Shown here: piece after piece, positions 1 through 7,726 of the stretch
How the letters are laid out: every line of letters begins with the position of its first letter
Numbering within the stretch: the stretch's first letter is position 1
Assembly (NCBI RefSeq): GCF_900232105.1
Contig: NZ_LT934425.1
Span: 150,001-182,000, forward strand
Source of the DNA: Candidatus Kuenenia stuttgartensis
Lineage (GTDB): Bacteria > Planctomycetota > Brocadiia > Brocadiales > Brocadiaceae
Length of the DNA: 32,000 nt
Direction: 5' to 3'
Position numbers and translations under genes: made by a program
The notes under the pieces: generated by a model
Database searches by the model: none
Told to the model about the DNA's origin: nothing
The model's input: the letters and a program-made list of their open reading frames with translations, nothing else

Positions 1-836
1 ATAAAAATATTGAACATAGTGATGGATACATCATTTCAAAAAAGGAGCTTTATAAAAAAATAGAAGAAACTTTAGCATTAGGCGGTAAGCAGATACTCAT
101 GCAAGGGGGACTGCACCCAGCGCTAAAGATAGATTTTTATACTGATTTATTACTCTCCATTAAGAAAAACTTCGATATACACATACACGCCTTTTCTCCT
201 CCGGAGATAATGCATTTTTCCCATCTAAATACCCTACCAATGCCGGAAGTGATACGTATATTAAAAGAAGCGGGGCTTGATTCCATTCCAGGCGGCGGCG
301 CTGAAATATTGACGGATCGTTGCAGAAAAATCATAAGCCCAAATAAATGTTCTGCGCGGGAATGGCTGGACGTGATGCAATCTGCCCATGAACAGGGCAT
401 GAAAACGACTGCTACAATGATGTTTGGCCATATCGAAACTACGGAAGAACGCATCGAACATTTTGAAAAAATCCGGCAGCTCCAGGATAAAACAGGCGGG
501 TTTACCGCCTTTATCGCATGGACATTTCAACCGAAAAACACACAATTGGAAAACGCTCTTTCCGGCAGTCATGATTATTTAAAAACCTTAGCCATTTCCC
601 GGCTGTATCTTGATAACATTGAGAATATCCAGGCATCATGGGTCACACAAGGCGCTAAAATAGCGCAACTCTCTTTAAAATTCGGTGCGAATGACATGGG
701 GAGCACAATGATTGAGGAAAATGTTGTGAAGGCAGCGGGAGTAAGTTATACCATGGAAAAAGAGGAAATTGAATTTTTGATAAACGACGCCGGCTACCAG
801 GCGAAACAGCGCGATTTATATTATACCCTCGTGTAA
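1..836 (+). CDS. Radical SAM menaquinone-biosynthesis enzyme of the futalosine pathway (MqnC/MqnE family), 3' part; 5' end lies upstream of the window
   Basis: Frame +3 is open from base 3 (KNIEHSDGYIISKKELYKKIEETLALGGKQILMQGGLHP...), so the ATG at 99 is internal. Segments QGGLHP, HIHAFSPPEI, GGGAEIL, MMFGHIET..EERIEH and NDMGSTMIEENV match my memory of the CofH/MqnC/MqnE radical SAM branch. I cannot separate MqnC from MqnE by eye. Confidence 0.8.
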   Translation, partial: KNIEHSDGYIISKKELYKKIEETLALGGKQILMQGGLHPALKIDFYTDLLLSIKKNFDIHIHAFSPPEIMHFSHLNTLPMPEVIRILKEAGLDSIPGGGAEILTDRCRKIISPNKCSAREWLDVMQSAHEQGMKTTATMMFGHIETTEERIEHFEKIRQLQDKTGGFTAFIAWTFQPKNTQLENALSGSHDYLKTLAISRLYLDNIENIQASWVTQGAKIAQLSLKFGANDMGSTMIEENVVKAAGVSYTMEKEEIEFLINDAGYQAKQRDLYYTLV

Positions 837-937
837 ATCCATTGTCTTCCGAATAAGAGAGAGAATTATGTGGGATGGGTCAAAGCCTGTGTCCCGAGCA
901 TGCCGAATGGACGAAGCAGACCCATCAGTAACATTTC

Positions 938-1046
938 TATACTGTAAGAGTTCACAAACAGGGATTTCTAAAATTAGATTTAACTTTTGTTGACATAGAT
1001 AGTTATAGCATTTCTGAAATCACATTTTGTGAACCCTTTGAGTATA
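938..1046 (+). mobile_element. MITE-like 109-bp element, copy A
   Basis: Terminal inverted repeats TATACTGTAAGAGTTCACAAA / TTTGTGAACCCTTTGAGTATA (18/21 complementary) and no coding capacity. A second copy lies at 4417-4525 in the same orientation (99/109 identical by hand alignment). If the element proper is 940-1044, it is flanked by TA on both sides, as for IS630/Tc1-mariner-type MITEs (inference). Confidence 0.7.
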
Positions 1047-1047
1047 T

Positions 1048-1998
1048 CTATGCTGAAATATTACAAATATTTTGTATGAAGGAAACCCTTTCTTCCAAAG
1101 TGTTTAGTTCTTTGTAGCGTTGCTCAACGATTTTCAGACGCGGCAATAATCCTGCGCAATTGGCGATTTGGATGTTGAGACCCGGACGCGCATTCAATTC
1201 TAAGAGCATAGGCCCCTTGTCTCTGTCAATAACAATATCTATTCCCTGATAACCTAATCCTGTGAGTTGGTAACACCGTGCGGCCAGGTTCAATAAATTC
1301 TCCCAGTTTGGGATCTTTATGCCGGTTATTTCAATACCTGTATCCGGGTGTTCCGTAATAATATCATTAAACCATACCCCTGTAGTGGTGATACCTGTTG
1401 CTATATCAATACCAACGCCTATTGCACCCTGATGCAAATTTGCTTTGCCATTCGATAAATGTGTTGGCAGGCGCATCATTGACATAACCGGCACTCCGAG
1501 AAAAACAATAATGCGAATATCAGGCATTCCCTGATAGGTAAGGTCTCTGAAAAATGGGGCAAGCTGCACCGTATATTCTACGAACGCCCTATCGGTATGT
1601 CCTCCTATACTATATACGCCGCTAAGAATCTCTAAAATGTGATTTTCAAGGAACTCTTCACTAACGATCGTCCTTCCCAGGGTTCGATATCCTTTCTTAG
1701 AATGGCCGGTGATAACGATTATGCCATTTCCACTGCTCCCATGGGCAGGTTTAATAACGAATGTGGAATGTTTTTTGAGAATGGCATGTATATCCCGTGC
1801 CTGATGGTTTACTGCTACAACGGCATACAATTCGGGGACGTTAATGCCCGCCTGTATTGCAAGTTTCTTGGTAAGTAATTTGTCATCCACAAGCGGGTAT
1901 AGGCACCGCTTATTATACTTTGAGATATAATCGATATTACGGCGATTAATTCCAACAATTCCTAATTTATGCAATTGTTTTATGAGTTTTGGAATCAT
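1048..1998 (-). CDS. RimK-related ATP-grasp ligase ('alpha-L-glutamate ligase-like' family)
   Basis: 316-aa ORF with ATP-grasp hallmarks (FVIKPAHGSSGNGI, LLELNARPG). It resembles the RimK-related family that co-occurs with the two upstream gene types. Its ATG overlaps the stop of the 7TM gene (TAATG at 1996-2000). Confidence 0.8.
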   Translation of the reverse strand: MIPKLIKQLHKLGIVGINRRNIDYISKYNKRCLYPLVDDKLLTKKLAIQAGINVPELYAVVAVNHQARDIHAILKKHSTFVIKPAHGSSGNGIIVITGHSKKGYRTLGRTIVSEEFLENHILEILSGVYSIGGHTDRAFVEYTVQLAPFFRDLTYQGMPDIRIIVFLGVPVMSMMRLPTHLSNGKANLHQGAIGVGIDIATGITTTGVWFNDIITEHPDTGIEITGIKIPNWENLLNLAARCYQLTGLGYQGIDIVIDRDKGPMLLELNARPGLNIQIANCAGLLPRLKIVEQRYKELNTLEERVSFIQNICNISA

Positions 1999-3575
1999 TA
2001 TTTTATCTTATTAAACTCCTTAAAACGGAATAACTCTACTAACCTGTACCCTTTATACCTGCCCAAAAGCATGGCGATTGCCAGTATCTGCAAAAGCATC
2101 TCCGGATATACGAATATTAAGTGTCTGCTATATTTGTTAAACATAAAAAAGTATACAATGGAAGCGGCGATTAAACTTCCCACACATTGTTGCAATGCGG
2201 CTTTAGACCCCCGTTCCTCCCACGTAATGGTCATTCGTTCTATCGTCATAGTGAGAATGACTATTGGGAATATTGAGATGGAGAGTCCTATCTCAATATG
2301 AAGTTTGTAGAATAAAATATCGAATATCCCGATGAATATAATAATGATAATAAGTAAGGATGCGAGACGGGATACCATCAGGAGCCTGAAATTCTCAAGA
2401 TACAAACGCACAGCCATTCCAATCGCAACCAGTATGCTAAATAATATAATACCTGAAATTAAATGTGTTTCCCTGAAAGACAGAGCGATAAGCACAGGCA
2501 TAAAAGTGCCAAATGTCTCAATACCAATAACATTTCGCAGGATAACCAAAAATAAAACGCCAATAGGAATGAGCAGCAACAGATGATAAACTGCCTGAAA
2601 ATGGAGCGGCAAGCTGAATAAAGAAAAATTTAATAAATACGGGTTCATTGTTTCCGCCCTTTTTATAGCGGCATTGATAGCATCCTCTTCCTGAAGACCT
2701 ACAGAAATATTTGTTTTCAGATTTTTCCCGCCGGATAACTGTACTAATGGTTTTGTTCCCCTCCACCAGTCCAGATAGTTCCCGGAAATTAATGATGTTC
2801 CTGAAACCGGATCGTAACCCGTCCACTTCCCGCCACTATACACTTCTATGCACCTTTCTATTTTCGCATCGTTTGTTCTGGTGGTTACTTTAATACCATT
2901 TACTACCCTGGCAGGAATGCCTGCAAGAGCAAGCAATTGAACCGCTAATTCTACCTTTTTATCCACAGAAACTTCTTTGTCCAAAAGAATCGCAACGTTT
3001 TCATCTGGCGGTTGGGCATTCAGAAGCTTGAATAATTTCATCACAAAAGAATCAGTATCTGCTGATTTTCTCAGGATTTCAACAAGAAGGGCGTTGGCTG
3101 CTGACCGATTAGGTTCCAAAAATTCAGGAACTTCCCATTCAAGAGGGGGTGCGCTATCCGGAGGATTTCTTAATTTTACTTTATTCACCTGGATGCGGTA
3201 GAGAAGCACCTGACGCTTACTTGCCTCGTGAATAGCCCATGTTGCGCTCCGGTTAATGTTGTCGGTAGAAGTGGTTATACCATAAGACCTCGAGACAAAA
3301 TTTTCAGATGAAATAATAAAGTTTCTTGAATATCCGGGCAAGAATAACACCACCTTTGCCGGTTCGTTCTGTGCATCAAAGGAAACATGAACTTCAATAT
3401 TCCAAAAATTAGCCTTTTCCTCCGGGACTATAGGAAAACCAAATACAAAATATTTATAGGCGATCAAACCACAGCTTATGAGTAAGAGGCTGAAGATAAA
3501 AAAGTAAAAATGTGTTCTATTCATCGCCGAAAACACTCTCGCATTTTGGTTCTTTGGAATAGGTGGAGGATACAT
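1998..3575 (-). CDS. Membrane protein: N-terminal anchor, inactive transglutaminase-like exported domain, C-terminal ~7-TM bundle
   Basis: 525-aa ORF. One N-terminal helix (FYFFIFSLLLISCGLIAYKYFVFGF) is followed by a ~300-aa soluble domain. That domain has a transglutaminase-core-like scaffold (LALAGIPARVVNG ... EVYSGGKWTGYDPVSG) but no Cys/His at the catalytic positions. Multiple hydrophobic helices run from LHFQAVYHLLLLIPIGVLFLVIL to LLQILAIAMLLG. An alternative start at ATG 3524 (MNRTHFYFF) is possible. Confidence 0.75.
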   Translation of the reverse strand: MYPPPIPKNQNARVFSAMNRTHFYFFIFSLLLISCGLIAYKYFVFGFPIVPEEKANFWNIEVHVSFDAQNEPAKVVLFLPGYSRNFIISSENFVSRSYGITTSTDNINRSATWAIHEASKRQVLLYRIQVNKVKLRNPPDSAPPLEWEVPEFLEPNRSAANALLVEILRKSADTDSFVMKLFKLLNAQPPDENVAILLDKEVSVDKKVELAVQLLALAGIPARVVNGIKVTTRTNDAKIERCIEVYSGGKWTGYDPVSGTSLISGNYLDWWRGTKPLVQLSGGKNLKTNISVGLQEEDAINAAIKRAETMNPYLLNFSLFSLPLHFQAVYHLLLLIPIGVLFLVILRNVIGIETFGTFMPVLIALSFRETHLISGIILFSILVAIGMAVRLYLENFRLLMVSRLASLLIIIIIFIGIFDILFYKLHIEIGLSISIFPIVILTMTIERMTITWEERGSKAALQQCVGSLIAASIVYFFMFNKYSRHLIFVYPEMLLQILAIAMLLGRYKGYRLVELFRFKEFNKIK

Positions 3576-4170
3576 CTATGAAAAAATCGTCCAGCAAAAA
3601 ATTTCTCCCTATAAGCATCTGATACATAAACCGTGTCCTGTTTGAAAGAGTTACTTCAACCTCCTTATAAATACCTCCTATGCAAATGCCAAGTTTAATA
3701 ACGGGGCGTTTTTCTGACGGCATTCCTATACGCTTTACTGTTGCTGTGCGTATGACCCTTTCCTCAATATTCAACTTTTCTCCTTTTTCATTTATCAATT
3801 CAAATTTCACCCATTTTTCACCATCCCGCTCAAATAAGGTATAAACAGGGGCATTTATGGAACAGGTTTTGGCGCCGGTATCTACTTTTGCTTTTAAAAC
3901 AATGTTCCCGGGGAAAACAAGAATCTTCTCTACCCGGCCCAAAATTTCTTTACTTTTTGCATCTGCCAACGAATGGAATGCAAAAACCAAAAATAAACTG
4001 GCTATAATAAATATGCTTTTAGTTTTATACAATAATAAATGGGAAACAAATCTTTGTAGAAATCCGGCAGTAGCTATTTCACAAGCCCGAAAAGGGGGAA
4101 ACATAGATTTTATCATTGAAATAATGCCTCCAGAGCAATTGAATCTAAAAAAGAAATGTGAATTGTCCAT
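3517..4170 (-). CDS. Retropepsin-like aspartic protease of the family annotated 'putative ATP-dependent zinc protease' (RimK-associated)
   Basis: D-T-G-A signature in KVDTGAKTCSI. The hydrophobic signal/anchor is KSIFIIASLFLVFAFHSLADA. The start is uncertain: ATG 4170 (AAGGA 6 nt upstream), ATG 4116 (GGAGG 10 nt upstream), or TTG 4032, which would give a canonical signal peptide (MYKTKSIFII...). The 3' end overlaps the next gene. Confidence 0.75.
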   Translation of the reverse strand: MDNSHFFFRFNCSGGIISMIKSMFPPFRACEIATAGFLQRFVSHLLLYKTKSIFIIASLFLVFAFHSLADAKSKEILGRVEKILVFPGNIVLKAKVDTGAKTCSINAPVYTLFERDGEKWVKFELINEKGEKLNIEERVIRTATVKRIGMPSEKRPVIKLGICIGGIYKEVEVTLSNRTRFMYQMLIGRNFLLDDFFIDVSSTYSKEPKCESVFGDE

Positions 4171-4343
4171 AATAGTTCCTTAAATTACACTAAAAATCAT
4201 TTGCAATACGAATACTGTGCTTCATTGTTTGACCTTTTTTCTGTTTTTCTTCACTGACAGGCATTAAATAATCATTACCGTTAGGTGAAAATGGTAAATA
4301 CAAAGTATCACAGTATTTATAAAACATAAAAATAACATAGGCT

Positions 4344-4373
4344 ATTTTAAAAAGAACGTGCCGTTAATGTCAA
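4344..4373 (-). promoter_or_regulatory. Candidate sigma-70-type promoter for the three-gene cassette
   Basis: On the minus strand: TTGACA (4373-4368), an 18-nt spacer, then TAAAAT (4349-4344). It lies ~175 nt upstream of the first ATG of the protease ORF. Prediction by consensus only; the promoter rules of this organism are unknown to me. Confidence 0.3.
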
Positions 4374-4416
4374 ATGCTTATTTATTACGGTGATGACAGA
4401 AAAGTATCAGGCAATA

Positions 4417-4525
4417 TATACTGTAAGAGTTCACAAATATTGATTTTTGAAATTAGATTTAACTTCTGTTGACATAAATAGTTATAGCATTCCTGAAATC
4501 ACATTTTGTGAACTCCTTGAGTATA
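4417..4525 (+). mobile_element. MITE-like 109-bp element, copy B
   Basis: Same element as 938-1046 with the same TIRs (TATACTGTAAGAGTTCACAAA ... TTTGTGAACTCCTTGAGTATA), in the same orientation, again flanked by TA. Confidence 0.7.
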
Positions 4526-4617
4526 AGTATCACAAATCCGGCCTGACCCTTTAATTTAGAGGCGTTGCAGATAAAGTTGCCGGGATTATAGGGCAGTCAC
4601 GAAAAAAACTTGCTTTG

Positions 4618-4661
4618 TGCCGTAAAAGCCAATAAATATAAGGCTTTTACGGCATTTTTTT
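4618..4661 (+). terminator. Rho-independent terminator-like hairpin with no obvious upstream gene
   Basis: TGCCGTAAAAGCC (4618-4630), an 11-nt loop, GGCTTTTACGGCA (4642-4654, perfect 13-bp stem), followed directly by TTTTTTT (4655-4661). Confidence 0.6.
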
Positions 4662-4934
4662 AAATTGGTGTGAACATCCGTTTGATAGTATGCTTAGTGT
4701 AGGGGCGAAGCATCGATATTTCGGTCTCTATGCCGAGATTATGAACGGGCATTGGGTGAGCATGGATTTATTCAGAGGGGGTTTAACCGGCGCAGGAAAT
4801 TTAAGAAAAGGAAGACTTCTCTATGGGAGGGATTAATAGCTCTCAGCCTCCGTACCGGCCGCAGCGCCCGGCAACCGGTTATCGGGGTACGGCCCAACCG
4901 ATGCCTGCGCGAATATTATAACAAAAGGAAAACC

Positions 4935-5267
4935 ATGTTTCAAATAAAAGTTGACGATTCAGGGGTGGTAAAACTCCTGGGCGAATTAAAGCAGAGAACC
5001 TCAAATCTAAATCCGACCATGCAGGTTATTGGCGAACTTGTAAAAACTTCGGTCAAGAGAAACTTTGAGGTGGGCGGGCGGTATTCCATGGAAGGAAGTT
5101 GGGCGGGAGGATCAAAAACATGGTTGCCACTAAGCGCCGCAACCCTTTTTAGCGGCAGAAAGAGCAAATATATAACGAGGAAAGGCTCATACCGGAAAGG
5201 GGTGGAAGAAAAGCTTAAAAAATTGGAATTTTTCAAAAAAAACAAATTGTTACAAATTTTCAATTAA
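4935..5267 (+). CDS. Phage virion morphogenesis / tail-completion family protein (Mu gpG / P2 gpS-like), probably a 3'-truncated remnant
   Basis: MFQIKVDDSGVVKLLGELKQRTSNLNPTMQVIGELVKTSVKRNFEVGGRYS..WLPLSAATL follows the pattern I remember for this family. An AAGGAAAA RBS precedes ATG 4935. The family's C-terminal half is absent (the ORF ends ..NKLLQIFN*). There are no other phage genes nearby. The upstream 61 codons of the tracked ORF (4752-4934) look non-coding. Confidence 0.55.
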   Translation: MFQIKVDDSGVVKLLGELKQRTSNLNPTMQVIGELVKTSVKRNFEVGGRYSMEGSWAGGSKTWLPLSAATLFSGRKSKYITRKGSYRKGVEEKLKKLEFFKKNKLLQIFN

Positions 5268-5353
5268 AAATAAGGGTGGCATTGACAAACTTTGTTTGTT
5301 CGTGTTGAACCAGACATTATGACGACGGTTTTTTATAATGTAAGAGGGTCAGA

Positions 5354-6273
5354 ATGAAAGCGAAAATATCAGTCATTGATGACGAAGAAAGCATACAGAG
5401 TATACCTTCAGGGAATTTCTCTCAGATGAAGGGTATGACGTTGATACTGTTGAGAATTATAAGGATGCGTTGTCAGCTTTGAAAAAAACAAACTACGATG
5501 TGGTATTTACCGATATTGTCTTAAAGGGGAAAACGGGTATAGAGATTCCTGAAGCTATCAGACGTAAAAATATGAACTGTTAGGTTATTATTATTACCGC
5601 CGCTCCGGAAATTGAAAGCACCACATCAGCGGTGAGGCTTGGCGCCTTCAATTATATTCCTAAGCCTGTAACGCAGGAGCAACTGTTAAATATTACGAAG
5701 AAAGCGTTAGAGAAAAAGATAGCGCTTGATAGAAAAAAACAATTATTTCAATATGAAGGCCGTACTCAGAAGCGTAAATGATGCGATAATTATCATGAAC
5801 AAAGACCTGACCATATTATAAGCAAACGATTTGGCCATTAGAATATGTGATCTGGCCGATAGTGCAAAAGGCAGGAAATTTATCACATATACTGAACATT
5901 GTAGCGGAAAATGCCTTCTATCGATTGCAAAAACTTTGAGAAATAAGCAAACAAAAGAAATGTTCTATGTGCAATGTCAGAAAAGCAGCAATATGAATCA
6001 AATAGTTAATGTTACGACTTCTCCGCTTCTTAACGAAAAAGGCGCTATTATCGGGATAGTACTGGTGGTAAAAGACAAATCCGTATCAGAAGAAACAGCA
6101 AATAATAGCCACATTGAATCAAATAAATTTCATCGTAGTTATCAGCAGATCAGAAAAAATGCAATCGGTTTTTAGCGACTATTAAAAATCTGGCAGATGT
6201 GCAAACACTACCGCGTTAATCACCGGAGAAAGCGGTACCGGCAAAGAATTTGGTCGCTGAAACGATCCATGAG
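5354..6273 (+). pseudogene. Degraded sigma-54-dependent response regulator (NtrC family: REC-PAS-AAA+), frameshifted, with in-frame stops and 3'-truncated
   Basis: Reading across frames gives three recognisable parts. REC: MKAKISVIDDEESIQS | FREFLSDEGYDVDTVENYKDALSALKKTNYDVVFTDIVLKGKTGIEI..NC*VIIITAAPEIESTTSAVRLGAFNYIPKPVTQEQLL. PAS-like: MKAVLRSVNDAIIIMNKDLTIL*ANDLAIRICDL...VTTSPLLNEKGAIIGIVLVVKD. AAA+ start: ISRSEKMQSVFS | IKNLADVQT | TTALITGESGTGKEF | VAETIHE. In-frame stops are TAG 5581-5583 and TAA 5819-5821, with at least 4 frame changes. The sequence ends just after Walker A. Confidence 0.8.
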
Positions 6274-6500
6274 GTTGGTATTTACATACACCTGCAAGGC
6301 GCTACATTAATCCCAAAATAGCCCTTGTATTTTACGGCAAATGGCAGATTCTTTCCATAAGCGTCCTGCGCATCCTGAAATGCATAGTTCATAAATAAAT
6401 AATTGTCGTAACAGTTCACCCCTTCAGGATTGTACCGGTATTTGAAAAGGGACTACCCCCTAATCCTTTCCTAAGAGGGAACTTGCCAAATTCCCATACA

Positions 6501-7004
6501 TCATATATATTTTGTCAATTCTTTCAGCGATTTACGATGAGTAGGGTCAGGCATAATTTCAGGATAACCAAGCGGCGTAAACGCAACAGGTTCAATGCCG
6601 GGCGGAAGATGAAGGACTGATTTTACGACAGATATCTTAAAAGCGGCAACCCAGCAAGTAGCCAGTCCCTCTTCTGTGGCGGCAAGGATGAGATGGTCCA
6701 TCGCTATTGCGGCGTCTATATCCGCATAATTTTTTCCGTCACCTCGTTTCCACGCTACTTCCGGAATACTGCATACGCCAATTATCACAGGGGCGGTGTA
6801 AAACCATTCTTCGCTATACGCTTCTTTCAGTTGTTTTTTCACATTCTCATTCTTAATCACAAAGAAGCATACCGGTTGGCGGTTGGCGGCGCTTGGCGCA
6901 TTTCTTGCCGCCTCCAGTATTCGTTCCAGTTTTTCTTCAGGAACAGACTCTTTCTTGTAAGAACGCACACTCCGTCTTTCTTTCATAATATTGTATATAT
7001 TCAT
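6501..7004 (-). CDS. Nitroreductase family protein
   Basis: 167-aa ORF. RRSVRSYKKESVPEEKLERILEAARNAPSAANRQP is the typical nitroreductase N-terminal signature. Confidence 0.85.
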   Translation of the reverse strand: MNIYNIMKERRSVRSYKKESVPEEKLERILEAARNAPSAANRQPVCFFVIKNENVKKQLKEAYSEEWFYTAPVIIGVCSIPEVAWKRGDGKNYADIDAAIAMDHLILAATEEGLATCWVAAFKISVVKSVLHLPPGIEPVAFTPLGYPEIMPDPTHRKSLKELTKYI

Positions 7005-7015
7005 TTGCTATCCCC

Positions 7016-7702
7016 TTAAAAAGTAACCATTTTCCACTGATTCGCCCTGGCATACAACCAAAGCATAGGACTTGCGTTTACCGCTACCGGGTATCCCACT
7101 ATACGCAAAAATTTTACATCCACATATGCGTTGCCAAAACCATAGGAAGATGAAAGATCCAAACTATATTCTGAAACAAGGCGTTCAATAATCTTCACCT
7201 TCCCACCGCAGTAAGAATGGATGCCGTCAATCTCACCGGTAATCCTGCCTTCATTGTCAACGGCAAGTTTAGTCCCTATCCCAATATCGGCATTGCAAAC
7301 TTTTGTAAAGCATTCTACCATTGGACTCAGCGTACCTGATAGTAAAATGATCAGATATCCTTCATTTTTCAGTCTCTTTATTTCCTGTAACGCATATTCC
7401 GATATATGCGGCAATATTCGCTTATGAAAACATTCGTCTATATTGCCAATAATGTTTTCATAATCATTATTCTTTAGATAGTATTTATTCTTTCTGAAAG
7501 ACAGCCCCTTTAAACTGAAACATTTCCGGAGAAAAGCTGCGGCAAAACGCAACAGACTACTGAAATTTATTACCCTCTTTTCCAGAAGATAATAAAATAA
7601 AACCCTTTCGGAGGAAATACCCTTAATTATTGTTCCGTCGATATCAAAAATAGCTGCTTTTCTCACGCGCAGGATTTTACTTATTGAATATGTTTCTTTC
7701 AA
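7016..7702 (-). CDS. HAD superfamily hydrolase, subfamily IB (phosphoserine-phosphatase-like)
   Basis: AAIFDIDGTII (DxDxT motif I), LLSGTLSPMV (motif II region), GFGNAYVDVKFL (motif IV-like). Confidence 0.75.
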   Translation of the reverse strand: MKETYSISKILRVRKAAIFDIDGTIIKGISSERVLFYYLLEKRVINFSSLLRFAAAFLRKCFSLKGLSFRKNKYYLKNNDYENIIGNIDECFHKRILPHISEYALQEIKRLKNEGYLIILLSGTLSPMVECFTKVCNADIGIGTKLAVDNEGRITGEIDGIHSYCGGKVKIIERLVSEYSLDLSSSYGFGNAYVDVKFLRIVGYPVAVNASPMLWLYARANQWKMVTF

Positions 7703-7726
7703 TAAAAAAAACTATAAGGGTGCTTT

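Noticed and set aside
4190-4264. 24-codon minus-strand ORF (MPVSEEKQKKGQTMKHSIRIANDF) between the predicted cassette promoter and the protease gene. Considered as a possible precursor or substrate peptide for the ATP-grasp/protease system.
   Set aside because: There is no convincing Shine-Dalgarno, no acidic C-terminus or other feature expected of a RimK-type substrate, and ORFs this short arise by chance in AT-rich DNA. It is worth revisiting only if it proves conserved next to homologous cassettes.
4752-4934. N-terminal 61-codon extension of the tracked ORF 4752-5267 (MGEHGFIQRGFNRRRKFKKRKTS...).
   Set aside because: It is basic and low-complexity and overlaps a REP-like relic. Family similarity begins only at ATG 4935, which has its own AAGGAAAA RBS.
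6290-6455. 55-codon open stretch on the minus strand (SLFKYRYNPEGVNCYDNYLFMNYAFQDAQDAYGKNLPFAVKYKGYFGINVAP..) between the NtrC pseudogene and the nitroreductase gene.
   Set aside because: It looks like a gene fragment, but it has no start codon or RBS and I cannot assign a family by eye. Probably another relic of the decaying region.
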